Assembly (NCBI GenBank): GCA_033812595.1
Contig: JAPXTJ010000001.1
Span: 13,306 to 77,305, forward strand
Origin: Thermomicrobiales bacterium
Lineage (GTDB): Bacteria > Chloroflexota > Chloroflexia > Thermomicrobiales > UBA6265
Length of the DNA: 64,000 nt
Reading direction: 5' to 3'
The notes under the pieces are model-generated. The model was given only the letters and a program-made list of their open reading frames with translations, ran no database searches and was not told where the DNA came from. The stretch's first letter is position 1; each line of letters begins with the position of its first letter. The translations under genes and the position numbers were made by a program. Shown here in pieces: positions 17,167 to 26,708 of this stretch.

Positions 17167-18591
17167 CTAGATGTGGATCGCGTGGCCGAGGAGGTCGTGG
17201 GCGGCTTCGCCGATCACTTCCGACACCGTCGGGTGCGGGTGAACATTGATCGCGATCTCGTACGGCGTGCTTTCGAGCAGCCGCGCCAGCGCGCCCTCGG
17301 CGATCATCTCGGTCGCGTGCGGACCAATGATGTGCAGGCCGAGGAGATCGTTCGTTTCCGCGTCCGCGATCATCTTCGTGAAGCCGTCCGGGTGACCCTC
17401 GATGACCGCCTTCGCGTTCGGCATCATCGGGAACTTGCCGATCTTGACCGTGTGGCCGAGCTTCTCCGCCTGGCGCTGGGTCAAACCGACGCTGCCGATC
17501 TCCGGCTCGCAGTAGGTGCAGCTCGGGGAATTGGTTTCATCGAGCGGAAAGGGGTTGAGCCCGTTGATGTGCTCGACCGCGATGATGGCGTGGCGCATCG
17601 CGGTGTGGGCGAGCAGCTGCCGGCCGTTGACATCGCCGATGGCGTAGATGTTGTCGACATTGGTCCGCATCATGTCATCGACGACGATGTGATCGTCGTC
17701 GATCTTGACGCCGACTTCCTCGAGCCCGATATCCTCGATGTTCCCCTGACGACCGACCGCGACCACGAGCACATCGGCGTCCACCGTGCGCTCCTTGCCG
17801 CTCTTCTCGTCCTTCAGCCGCATCGTCACGCCATCCTTGGTGACGTCGATGTCGTCAGCGGTCGGACGCGAGCCCGGCGCGAGGTCCATCTTCGCCTTGG
17901 TGAAGGAGCGGGTGAGGTGCTCGGCGACCTCGTGATCCTCCTGCGGCACGATGTTGCCGATCAGGGTCACTTTCGAACCGTAACGGTGGTAGACCGAAGC
18001 CCACTCGACGCCGGTGGCGCCGCCGCCGCGGACGATGATCCGGCCCGGCAGGTTCTCCATGACCACGGCGTGATCGGAGTTGATCACCTTCACGCCGTCG
18101 TACGGCACGCCCTTGATCGGGCGCGGGCGCGACCCGGTGTTGATGATGATCTGCTTCGCCTTGATCGAGAAAGGCGCCGCGCCATCGTTCGGCGTCACCC
18201 CAACGGTGGTCTTGTCGAGCAGGCGGCCCCGGCCGAGGAAGACCGGAATCTTGTGCTTCTTGTCGAAGAGGTAGAGGAGGCCCTTGTACTGCTTGTCGAC
18301 CACGCTCAGCGAACGCTTCAGCGCCGTGTCGTAGTTGAAGCTGATCGAGCCATCGATATCGACGCCGAATTCACCGGCGCGCTTGATGGTGTCGAAAACA
18401 TCGGCGGACTTGAGGAACGCCTTGGTCGGAATGCAGCCGCGGTGCAGGCAGGTGCCACCGAGCTTGATTTCCTCGACCACAGCCACGGTGTACCCGAGCT
18501 GCTTGGCGCGAATGGCGGCGACGTAGCCGCCCGTCCCTCCGCCGAGAAGGACGATATCGAATTCGTGGGCTGCGGATCCCGCATCGGTCAT
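17167..18591 (-). CDS. lpdA: Dihydrolipoyl dehydrogenase (E3 component)
   Basis: FDIVLLGGGTGGYVAAIRAKQLG, redox centre GGTCLHRGCIPTK, and C-terminal HPHPTVSE. ATG 18591 (MTDAGSAAHEF) is preferred; the 80-aa upstream extension in the track is not protein-like. Confidence 0.92.
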   Translation of the reverse strand: MTDAGSAAHEFDIVLLGGGTGGYVAAIRAKQLGYTVAVVEEIKLGGTCLHRGCIPTKAFLKSADVFDTIKRAGEFGVDIDGSISFNYDTALKRSLSVVDKQYKGLLYLFDKKHKIPVFLGRGRLLDKTTVGVTPNDGAAPFSIKAKQIIINTGSRPRPIKGVPYDGVKVINSDHAVVMENLPGRIIVRGGGATGVEWASVYHRYGSKVTLIGNIVPQEDHEVAEHLTRSFTKAKMDLAPGSRPTADDIDVTKDGVTMRLKDEKSGKERTVDADVLVVAVGRQGNIEDIGLEEVGVKIDDDHIVVDDMMRTNVDNIYAIGDVNGRQLLAHTAMRHAIIAVEHINGLNPFPLDETNSPSCTYCEPEIGSVGLTQRQAEKLGHTVKIGKFPMMPNAKAVIEGHPDGFTKMIADAETNDLLGLHIIGPHATEMIAEGALARLLESTPYEIAINVHPHPTVSEVIGEAAHDLLGHAIHI

Positions 18592-18766
18592 CGGTGCGCA
18601 CACTCCAGATAATGGCCTGCCCGGCGACCCGCCGGATGCCGGCCTGCAAACTCCGGGAAGTATACCGGAGCGCCCGAGCCCCCGGCGTGAATCCGGCCGA
18701 TCGGCGCGCAAAATGGGCGGCGAAACCAGCGTTCCACCGCCCATCAAGTCAACATCGGTGCCTGAA

Positions 18767-19696
18767 TCAGGCGTCGAGAAGGCCTTCTTCGACCAGAATC
18801 TGCCGCACGCGCGCCACCCCGGCGTCATCGAGCCGGGTCATGGGGCGACCCATCACGTTGGTCTTGATGATGCCGCGCAGCATCAACGCCGTTTTGAAAC
18901 CGCCGTGCGCCGAGGCGGTCGAGCCACTCTTTGACATGTCACCCTGGCGGATGATGGCAAAGAGGCGGTTGAGCCGATCCTGTTCGGCGACGGCGGTGGC
19001 GTAATCGCCCGCCTGCACCGCGTCCCAGATCTTCACGAATCCGTGCGGATCGACATTGGCAATGCCCGGCACGCTACCAGAAGCGCCGGCCATCAGCAGG
19101 CCGTCGATGATCAGCTCCGAACCGGTGAAGATGGCGAAATCAGGGCGCGACCGCTTCTTTTCGATCAGCAGCCGGCGGAAGTTGCCCTCGTCGCCCGAAC
19201 TGTCCTTCAGGCCGATCACGGTCCCTTCATCGACCAGTTGCAGCACCGTCTCCGGCGCCAGCTTGGTCTGCACGGCCACCGGGATGTCGTACGCGACGAT
19301 CGGCAGCCCGACCTCGGCCTTGATCTGGCGGAAGTGCTCGAGGATTTCCGGTTGGCTCGGCTTGAGGTAGTAGGGCGCGGTGACGACCAGGCCGTCGATC
19401 CCCGCCGCCTTGGCGGCGAGCGCGTGTTCGATCACCCGCTCGGTGCCGGAGTCCATCGTACCGGCCAGCAGCGGCACCTTGCCCTTGGCCTTGCGCACCG
19501 CCGTCTCAAGGATCTGGACCCGCTTGGCCGAGGTCAGGGTGGCGGTTTCGCTGGTCGAGCCGAGCATGAAGAGACCGTGCACGCCGGCTCCCAGCTGGAA
19601 ATCGATCAGGTTTTCGAGCGAGGCGATATCGATCTCACCGCTTTCGGTGAAGGGGGTCGAGACGGGCGGGATGATGCCTTTGAGCGCGAGTGTCAC
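18767..19696 (-). CDS. Dihydrodipicolinate synthase/N-acetylneuraminate lyase family (DapA-like class I aldolase)
   Basis: GIIPPVSTPF...GVHGLFMLGSTSE...TAPYY...YDIP, with the Schiff-base region IGLKDSSGD. GTG 19696 with AAAGGAAC upstream is proposed; the track start 19774 would overlap the permease gene. Confidence 0.85.
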   Translation of the reverse strand: MTLALKGIIPPVSTPFTESGEIDIASLENLIDFQLGAGVHGLFMLGSTSETATLTSAKRVQILETAVRKAKGKVPLLAGTMDSGTERVIEHALAAKAAGIDGLVVTAPYYLKPSQPEILEHFRQIKAEVGLPIVAYDIPVAVQTKLAPETVLQLVDEGTVIGLKDSSGDEGNFRRLLIEKKRSRPDFAIFTGSELIIDGLLMAGASGSVPGIANVDPHGFVKIWDAVQAGDYATAVAEQDRLNRLFAIIRQGDMSKSGSTASAHGGFKTALMLRGIIKTNVMGRPMTRLDDAGVARVRQILVEEGLLDA

Positions 19697-19773
19697 CTTG
19701 GTTCCTTTCAATTGGATCGCGATATCCGGGTTGCCGGGGCAGGGGAGGATGAACGATGGGTCCCGCTTCCGCA

Positions 19774-20700
19774 CTACCTCCTGGCGCGCGGATCGAAGGC
19801 ATCGCGCAGGCCGTCACCGATGAAATTCACCGCCAGCACGGTCAGCACCACCGCCACGCCGGCCGGCATCCAGAGCCACGGATCGTTTTCGAGCACGCTC
19901 ACGTTCCGGGCGACGTTCAGCATGTTGCCCCAGCTCGGGGTCGGCGGCTGCACGCCCGCGCCGAGGAAGGAAATGCCGGCCTCGAGCAGGATAGCGCTCG
20001 CCACGCCGAGCGATGCGTAGACGATCAGCACGTCGATCGCGTTCGGCAGCAGGTGCTTGCGGATGGTCCGCGACGAATCGACGCCGAGCGCCTGCGCGGC
20101 GTGGATGAACTCCTGTTCGCGCAGCGACATGAACTTCGCCCGCACCAGCCGGCTCGGGATAGGCCAGTTCAACAGGCCGATGACGAGGATCGTTTTCCCG
20201 ACTCCTGGCCCGGCGATCGCCGCGACCGTCAGGATGATGATCACCGGCGGAAAGGTCATCATCACATCGGTCAGGCGCATCAATATGGTGTCGATCCAGC
20301 CGCCGAAGTAGCCGGCGACGGCGCCGAGCAGGGTGCCGAGCGTGATCGAGATCGTCACCGCCGCCAAACCGACGGCGAGGGATACCCGGCCGGCGTAGAC
20401 CGTGCGGGAGAAGGTATCGCGACCGGTGCGATCGGTGCCAAAGAAGTGCTCGGAACTCGGCGGCAGGTTCCGGTCGGTCAGGCTGATCGTATTCGGGTTG
20501 TGCGTCGCCACGATCGGGGCGAAGAGCGCCATGCCGCCGATGATCAGGAAGACGACGAGGCCGGTCACCGCCAGCCGGTGACGCAGGAAGAGCCGGATCG
20601 TCTTGCGCCACGGACTCTCGGTTTTCACCCGTTCGGCGACCCGCCCGGCACGAGCGAGGGCGGAATCATTGGCGGCGACCACCGCATCACCGTCACTCAT
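19774..20700 (-). CDS. ABC transporter permease (DppC/OppC-like)
   Basis: 308 aa, polytopic, with the EAA-loop region AAQALGVDSSRTIRKHLLPN. Overlaps the upstream permease by 8 nt. Confidence 0.88.
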   Translation of the reverse strand: MSDGDAVVAANDSALARAGRVAERVKTESPWRKTIRLFLRHRLAVTGLVVFLIIGGMALFAPIVATHNPNTISLTDRNLPPSSEHFFGTDRTGRDTFSRTVYAGRVSLAVGLAAVTISITLGTLLGAVAGYFGGWIDTILMRLTDVMMTFPPVIIILTVAAIAGPGVGKTILVIGLLNWPIPSRLVRAKFMSLREQEFIHAAQALGVDSSRTIRKHLLPNAIDVLIVYASLGVASAILLEAGISFLGAGVQPPTPSWGNMLNVARNVSVLENDPWLWMPAGVAVVLTVLAVNFIGDGLRDAFDPRARR

Positions 20701-21649
20701 AGCGAATCCTCGGATCGATCAGGCCGTACGCCAGGTCGGTCAGCAGATTGGCGATCATGATCACGATCGCCAGGATCAGCGTCATCGCCATGATCAGGTT
20801 GTAGTCGCGCCCATCGATCCCCTCGAGGTAGAGCCTGCCCAGGCCCGGCCAGGAGAAGATCGATTCGATGAACACCGCGCCGCCCAGCAGATTCGGCACG
20901 TAGGCGCCGATGATCGTCACCACCGGCAGCAGGGCGTTGCGCAACCCGTGCCCGACGATCACCGCGTTCTCGCGCAGGCCTTTCGCCCGGGCGGTGCGGA
21001 CGTAGTCAGTCGTCATCACCTCCAGCATCGCCGAGCGTGTGTAGCGCATCGTGGAGGCCACGTAATTGATCGAGATGATCGCCGCCGGCAGGATCAGGTG
21101 GTCCAGCCGATCGGTGAACGAAAAGGGTTCACCGGGCGTCGATAAGCCCCCGGCCGGAAACCAGCGGAAGCGCAGCGAGAAGAGATAGAGCGCCAGCAAA
21201 CCGGCCAGGTAGACCGGAAACGACACGCCAAGAAAGGCAAATACGGTCAGGATGTTATCGAGAAAAGAGTATTGCTTGATCGCGGATATGACCCCGAGCG
21301 TGACCCCGATCAGGATCCCGAAGGTCATCGCCGTGCCCATCAGCAGCATGGTGGGGCCGATGCGGTTGCCGATCGCCTCGGTAATCGGTTCGCCGGTGCG
21401 CTGCCGGTAGCCGAGGTTCCCCTGCACCGTTTCACGCAGCCAGAAGAAATACCGAACCGGCGGGGAGCGATCCAGACCAAGCTGCCTGCGCATGGCATCC
21501 TGCTGCTCCTGGGGCAGCGGATTATCCGGCGGCAGGAACGCCGTCAGCGGATCGCCCGGCGTCAATTGCAGCAGCGTGAAGATCAGCACCGTCACCATGA
21601 ACAGGATCGGGATGCTGATCAGCAACCGGCGTTGGATGTAACGTCCCAT
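20693..21649 (-). CDS. ABC transporter permease (DppB/OppB-like)
   Basis: 318 aa. MGRYIQRRLLISIPILFMVTVLIF...DYVRTARAKGLRENAVIVGHGLRNALLP. Confidence 0.88.
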   Translation of the reverse strand: MGRYIQRRLLISIPILFMVTVLIFTLLQLTPGDPLTAFLPPDNPLPQEQQDAMRRQLGLDRSPPVRYFFWLRETVQGNLGYRQRTGEPITEAIGNRIGPTMLLMGTAMTFGILIGVTLGVISAIKQYSFLDNILTVFAFLGVSFPVYLAGLLALYLFSLRFRWFPAGGLSTPGEPFSFTDRLDHLILPAAIISINYVASTMRYTRSAMLEVMTTDYVRTARAKGLRENAVIVGHGLRNALLPVVTIIGAYVPNLLGGAVFIESIFSWPGLGRLYLEGIDGRDYNLIMAMTLILAIVIMIANLLTDLAYGLIDPRIRYE

Positions 21650-21724
21650 GCAGGTTCTCCCGCTCCGGCGAACGCCGGCCGCTCCCTAGGGAACGGCCGG
21701 CGCTGCGCGAAGTCGCCGTGCTGA

Positions 21725-23323
21725 TTACTCGGCGGCCTTGAGGGTCCAGGTTTCAGATGCCTGGTAGTAGCGTCCACCGCCCGGAGCCGGTGTCCAGAAG
21801 AATTCACCTTCGCCGTTCACGCCGCCGAAGCGGGTGCTGATCCACATCGGGATCCAGTACAGCTCGGCGTTCATGACCGAACAGACCTGCTGGTAGGCGG
21901 CTTCACGCTCTTCCGCGGTGGTCGCGGTGCGGCCGGCCAGGAATCCGGCATCGATATCGGCGTTGGCGATATCGCTGCGGTTGATCACGTTCGGATTCTG
22001 CGCGGGCGATTCGAAGTGCGTGGAGAGCACGTCCGGATCGGGGCCGTTGGCAGCGCCGGCGTAGACAATGTCGTAATCGCGGGCCTGGGCGCGGTCGTTG
22101 TAGGTGGTGACGTCGATCGCGGTGAAGGTCACCGTGATGCCGGCATCAGAGAGGAACTGCTGCACCGCGGTCAGGATGTCGGTGCTGAGCTGATCCTGGT
22201 AGTAGGTGAGGATTTCCACCTCACTGCCGTCCCAGCCGCCCTCTTCGAGCAGCGCCTTGGCCTGTTCGACGTTGTAGTCGTAGGCGTTGAGGCCATCCGG
22301 CACGTATTGCGGCAGCGAGAAGAGGCACATCAACGGCTCCGCCGTTCCCTGGAAGAGCTGCTCGATGATCGTGTTCTTGTCGATCGCGTAGGCGAACGCC
22401 TGACGGATCGCCACGTTCTGGAATCGCTCCTGATTCAGGTTGAAGGCGAAGTAGTTCGGCACCATCGACGGGCCGGCGTACTGCCGGATCGTGGCGTCAT
22501 CACCGAGCGCGAGCGCTTCATCAGCGGTCAAGTAGGTGAACTGAATCTCGCCGTTGCGGAGCGCGATCACCGCCGAACCCGCTTCCGGGAAGTAGCGGTT
22601 GATCAGGCGATCGAGCTGCGGCCGGCCGCGCCAGTAATCCTCGTTCGCCACGAGTTCGACGTACTGGCCGGGCTCGTACTTGCTCCACTTGAAGGGACCG
22701 GTGCCGATCGGATTGGTCCGCCACCACTCGCCCTGAAGGAGATCAGCCGGCGCAATGTCGGCCAGCGCGTGCTGGGGAACCATGACCAGGAAGGTGAAGG
22801 CATCGAAGAGCGGCGCGTTCGGCGCCGCGAGCGTCAGGACGACGGTGAGGTCGTCCGGCGTATCGATCGCGGTCACGCCGTTGAACTTGGCGCCGATGTA
22901 GCTGGCGCTGTCCGGGTGGTTGGCGAGTTCGATCGTGAACTTCACGTCGGCCGAGGTGAACGGCTCGCCATCGTGCCACAGCACGCCCTCGCGGAGGTGC
23001 AGGGTGACGGTGAGGCCATCCTCGGAAACTTCCCACGATTCAGCCAGCTCAGGCTGAATGCCGGTGAAGTCGATATCGTAGAGCATCAGCTTCGAGTAGT
23101 ACTGTTCGAACCAGGTGAATCCGGCGCCGGCCGTGAACGGGTTGAAGCACTCGGGGCAGCCACCTGGTCCCTGATCGAACGCGCCGGTGAGCGTGCCGCC
23201 GGTCGGGGCATCCTGGGCGCGGGTCATGGTCGCAATCGGCGCCACCAGCATGGCCATCACCAGCATGGCGATCAGCACAAACCGGGGGGTGCGGCGCTGC
23301 GACGCGCGCGAAGCGTCCTGCAT
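21725..23323 (-). CDS. ABC transporter substrate-binding protein, family 5
   Basis: ATG 23323 with a GAGGAGAG RBS. Signal-like MQDASRASQRRTPRFVLIAMLVMAMLVAPIATMTRAQD. The core includes PELAESWEVSEDGLTVTLHLREGVLWHDGEPFT. Confidence 0.88.
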   Translation of the reverse strand: MQDASRASQRRTPRFVLIAMLVMAMLVAPIATMTRAQDAPTGGTLTGAFDQGPGGCPECFNPFTAGAGFTWFEQYYSKLMLYDIDFTGIQPELAESWEVSEDGLTVTLHLREGVLWHDGEPFTSADVKFTIELANHPDSASYIGAKFNGVTAIDTPDDLTVVLTLAAPNAPLFDAFTFLVMVPQHALADIAPADLLQGEWWRTNPIGTGPFKWSKYEPGQYVELVANEDYWRGRPQLDRLINRYFPEAGSAVIALRNGEIQFTYLTADEALALGDDATIRQYAGPSMVPNYFAFNLNQERFQNVAIRQAFAYAIDKNTIIEQLFQGTAEPLMCLFSLPQYVPDGLNAYDYNVEQAKALLEEGGWDGSEVEILTYYQDQLSTDILTAVQQFLSDAGITVTFTAIDVTTYNDRAQARDYDIVYAGAANGPDPDVLSTHFESPAQNPNVINRSDIANADIDAGFLAGRTATTAEEREAAYQQVCSVMNAELYWIPMWISTRFGGVNGEGEFFWTPAPGGGRYYQASETWTLKAAE

Positions 23324-23408
23324 GGTTTCTCTCCTCATGACGTTCAGCGAAGGTCGAGCATTCGATCGAGGTTCCGGATTGCTGCCCGGCAAGCTCCTTT
23401 CACCTGGC

Positions 23409-23425
23409 GCGGAGTTCAACTCCGC
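23409..23425. promoter_or_regulatory. 17-bp palindrome with GT-N3-AC core, candidate GntR-family operator upstream of the ABC/DapA-like operon
   Basis: gcggagttcaactccgc is perfectly symmetric around the central base. It lies about 85 bp upstream of the binding-protein start codon. Confidence 0.3.
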
Positions 23426-23488
23426 CTTGGTCTCCAAACGAATAAACCCATCTATCTCCCCAACATCCGGCTTGCGCCGAACGCCGGT

Positions 23489-24196
23489 TCAATCCTCCTT
23501 GATCCGGGAAAGAATCCCGTCGAAATGAACCGTCATCGCCCGCGCCGCCCGCTCCGGATCGCGCGCCGCCAGGGCGTCCACGATCTCCAGGTGTTCGGCG
23601 GCGGTGGTGGCCGGGCTGACCGGCGCGACATCGAACTCGTTGCGCGCCATCAACGAAAGCTCCCAGAAGGCTCCGACGAGCATCTCGAGCATCGCGTTCT
23701 CGACCGGCCGGTAGAGCAATACGTGAAAGCGCCGGTCCTCGTCGCGGAACTGCCTGCCTTCCGCCGCGACCTGATTCATCTCCTCAACCAGTGCATAGAG
23801 CTCGGCGACGTGCGCGTCGTTCGTCTCCACCGCCACTTGTTGCACGTAGGCCCGTTCCAGAATCATCCGGATATCGAGGAACTCGGTGACGGTGCGCCGG
23901 TGCTCGCTCGCCTCCAGACGGATGCGAAACGCCAGACCATCGACAAAGGCATCGAACGAAAAACGTCCGACGAATGTGCCGGAACCCTGCCGGACCTCGA
24001 CCACCCCGAGCGCTTCGAGCGATTTCATCGCCTCGCGCAACGACGGCATCGAAATGCCCAGCGCGCGCGCCAGTTCCTGTTGGGAGGGCAGGGCATCGCC
24101 CGGCTTGCTGCCGGTTTCGATGATGTACCGCTCGATGCGATGCTGGATCGTATCGTGCAGTGCTTCGCGTCGTGGTCGCAGTGCGGGCTGTACCAT
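23489..24196 (-). CDS. GntR-family transcriptional regulator (FadR/FCD subfamily)
   Basis: N-terminal winged helix: GDALPSQQELARALGISMPSLREAMKSLEALGVVEVRQGSGTFV. The C-terminus is an all-helical FCD-like domain. Confidence 0.88.
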   Translation of the reverse strand: MVQPALRPRREALHDTIQHRIERYIIETGSKPGDALPSQQELARALGISMPSLREAMKSLEALGVVEVRQGSGTFVGRFSFDAFVDGLAFRIRLEASEHRRTVTEFLDIRMILERAYVQQVAVETNDAHVAELYALVEEMNQVAAEGRQFRDEDRRFHVLLYRPVENAMLEMLVGAFWELSLMARNEFDVAPVSPATTAAEHLEIVDALAARDPERAARAMTVHFDGILSRIKED

Positions 24197-24251
24197 GAGC
24201 GCTCCCCACGGGCCGGAAACGAACTGGCCGACCGGAACCGTCCGGTCTTAA

Positions 24252-24264
24252 GAGGTCTGACCTC
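24252..24264. promoter_or_regulatory. Palindrome gaggtctgacctc, candidate autoregulatory GntR operator
   Basis: GT-N3-AC core typical of GntR-family operators. It lies 56-68 bp upstream of the regulator start codon. Confidence 0.35.
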
Positions 24265-24343
24265 AAAAGAATACGTGCGTTCCGCTGCCGTGTAAAGTCA
24301 TCCAACGAATCGTGACGGGAATTTACGCCATAGTATCGCGCAT

Positions 24344-25219
24344 TCAGGCGCCGGCGCGAACCGCCGCCAATGCGTCGGCCAGGAGCGATGTCATCGCCGG
24401 ATCGACCACCGCGATGATGCCGTGACTGATGGCCACCTCATCCTTGTTGTAGGTGATGGTGCGGCCGAGTTCATCGGTGAAGCGACCGCCCGCCTCGTGC
24501 AGGATCAGATCGGGCGCCGCGAGGTCCCACTCGCCACCGACCGTCGCGCCGTTCGGACCCCGCCCGATGCCGAGGAACGCCTCGTACTCGGGACCACCGG
24601 TTTCCGGATACCAGGCGCGCGGGTGAAACGGCCGCGGAGCCGCCGGCGGCACGAAGCCGACCCGATCCGCCACCGCCAACACGGTCGGCCAATCCTGCTG
24701 CAGGGTCATGTAGCGGTTGGTGCACATCCGGGGTGTCGCTTCCGCTCCGATCGCAGGCACGCGCAGCGGTTTGCGCCCCTCACCGGTGTCGATCCAGGCG
24801 CCCTGACCGGCGATGGCGCTGAGCACGGTGCCGCTCGGGGGGTGGGCCGTCGCTGCCACCACCGGCCGGCCGGCCACGATCAGCGCCAGAAAGACATCGA
24901 ACGCCCCGGTGCGATCGATGAACTGCTGGGTGCCGTCGAGCGGATCGGCCAGCCAGAGGCGCGGTGCGCCGATACGGCGGGCATCGTCCTCGACTTCCTC
25001 GGTCAGGATCGCGTCGTCCGGAAAGGCGGCCGTCAGGTGCTCGCGGAGCACGTGATCCGAGGCGAGATCAGCGTCGGTCACCGGCGAGTCATCGGATTTG
25101 GTGTAGACGTCTGCGTTCATCGCGTCGTAGTAGACGCGAATGGTTCGGGCGGCTTCCGTCACCGCCGCGACCGCCACCGTGTACTCGCGACTCCAGTCAT
25201 TCCCGCTCGCTGCGCTCAT
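24344..25219 (-). CDS. Inositol monophosphatase / CysQ-like family phosphatase (paralogue 2)
   Basis: SPVTDADLASD, WLADPLDGTQQF and GEWDLAAPDLILHEAGG. Clear paralogue of 7606..8463. ATG 25219 (MSAASGNDW). Confidence 0.82.
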   Translation of the reverse strand: MSAASGNDWSREYTVAVAAVTEAARTIRVYYDAMNADVYTKSDDSPVTDADLASDHVLREHLTAAFPDDAILTEEVEDDARRIGAPRLWLADPLDGTQQFIDRTGAFDVFLALIVAGRPVVAATAHPPSGTVLSAIAGQGAWIDTGEGRKPLRVPAIGAEATPRMCTNRYMTLQQDWPTVLAVADRVGFVPPAAPRPFHPRAWYPETGGPEYEAFLGIGRGPNGATVGGEWDLAAPDLILHEAGGRFTDELGRTITYNKDEVAISHGIIAVVDPAMTSLLADALAAVRAGA

Positions 25220-25310
25220 TCCGTCCCATCTCCGCTTCCCATACAATCAGGCCACACAATCCAGATTCGCACGCCCGCTCCCGCGGGAGCAAGACCAGGA
25301 GCTGATAACG

Positions 25311-26645
25311 ATGGCCACGGTCACCAATCGCACCGACGCCTATCGCTCGTCCGATTCGCAGGCGGCGCACCTCTATGAGCGCGCCCGCCGGGTGATGCCG
25401 GGCGGCAACACCCGCACCACGCTCTACCAGGCGCCCTTTCCACCGTACGCCGTGGAGGGGAAGGGGCAATACATCATCGATGCCGACGGCGAATCGCGCC
25501 TCGACTTCCTGAACAACTACACCTCGCTGATGCACGGCCACGCCGATCCTGACATGATCGCGGCGGTTTCGGCCCAACTCGCCCGCGGCACCGCTTTCGC
25601 CATGCCGACGCGTGAAGAGATCGAGCTGGCGGAACTGCTGGTGAGCCGGATCGCGTCGGTCGATCAGGTCCGCTTCACCAACTCCGGTTCGGAGTCGGTG
25701 ATGATGGCGATCAAGGCGGCCCGCGCGTTCACCGGCCGGCCGAAGGTGATCTCCTTCGAGGGGAGCTACCACGGGTCGTACGACGCGGCGGAGGCATCGC
25801 TGCCGCCCCACTCGAACGCGCTCGAAGCGCCGCCGCAACCGTTCGAGTACTCGGTCGGCACGCCGCGCGGCGTGCTCGATAACACGATCGTGCTGCCATT
25901 CAATGATTCAGCCGCGTTCGAGGCCGCCTTCGCCGCCAATCGGGATTCAATCGCGGCGGTGCTGATCGATCCGATGCCGCTCCGGATCGGCATGATCCGG
26001 GCGAATCAGGATTTCATCGAACTGATCCGGGAACGAACCGCCGCGGCCGGGGTGGTGCTGATCTTCGATGAGGTCGTCAACCTGCGCGTCGCCTATGGTG
26101 GCATTCAATCGCTTTACGGCGTCGAGCCCGATCTCACCACGATGGCGAAGATCATCGGCGGCGGTTTTGCCGGCGGGGCGGTCGGTGGTTCCGAGACGGT
26201 GATGTCGGTCTTCGATCCGACCCTTGGTCATCTCAAGGCGCCCCACGGCGGCACCTTCAACGCCAACCCGGTCACGATGACAGCGGGCAAGGTGGCAATG
26301 GAAAAGCTGACGCCCGAGGAGTTCGCCAGACTCGATCGGCTCGGCGAATCGATCCGCGCCGGCATCGGTGAAACGCTGGCGCGGCACGGCGTGGACGGTC
26401 AGGTGACCGGGGCCGGCTCCCTCTTCTACATCCACCTGCACGACCGGCCGCTGACCGACTATCGCAGCTCGATCACGAACAAGGCGGAACAAGCCTTCGC
26501 CACACGTTTACACCGCGCCATGATGGCCAACGGCGTTTTCATGTCCACCAGCATCTGCGGCTGCCTCAGCACGCCGATGGGGGAGGGCGACATCGACGCC
26601 TTCACGACCGCCCTGGGCCTCGCCATCGAAGAAGCCCGGGCCTAA
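25311..26645 (+). CDS. Class-III (PLP) aminotransferase, glutamate-1-semialdehyde 2,1-aminomutase-like
   Basis: ATG 25311 (MATVTNRTDAY). LYERARRVMPGGNTR, FTNSGSESVMMAIKAARAFTGR, IFDEVVNLRVAYGG and MAKIIGGGFAGGA (Lys region). Confidence 0.85.
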   Translation: MATVTNRTDAYRSSDSQAAHLYERARRVMPGGNTRTTLYQAPFPPYAVEGKGQYIIDADGESRLDFLNNYTSLMHGHADPDMIAAVSAQLARGTAFAMPTREEIELAELLVSRIASVDQVRFTNSGSESVMMAIKAARAFTGRPKVISFEGSYHGSYDAAEASLPPHSNALEAPPQPFEYSVGTPRGVLDNTIVLPFNDSAAFEAAFAANRDSIAAVLIDPMPLRIGMIRANQDFIELIRERTAAAGVVLIFDEVVNLRVAYGGIQSLYGVEPDLTTMAKIIGGGFAGGAVGGSETVMSVFDPTLGHLKAPHGGTFNANPVTMTAGKVAMEKLTPEEFARLDRLGESIRAGIGETLARHGVDGQVTGAGSLFYIHLHDRPLTDYRSSITNKAEQAFATRLHRAMMANGVFMSTSICGCLSTPMGEGDIDAFTTALGLAIEEARA

Positions 26646-26708
26646 GTCAAGTCAAAGTGCCAGAGCGGATTGTTTCGAGAGTTCAACTCTGAATATCCCT
26701 TGAGACTC

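Noticed and set aside
17173-18612. 479-aa ORF on the plus strand
   Set aside because: It is antisense to lpd, whose identity is certain from the FAD/NAD and redox-disulfide motifs.
18592-18828. 80-aa N-terminal extension of lpd in the track ORF
   Set aside because: The extension (MTPGWRACGRFWSKK...) is not protein-like and overlaps the upstream gene's 3' end. The conserved FAD-binding N-terminus begins right after ATG 18591.
22016-24295. 759-aa ORF on the plus strand
   Set aside because: It is antisense to the family-5 binding-protein and GntR genes. It has no motifs and an R/G/H/E-rich composition. Shadow ORF.
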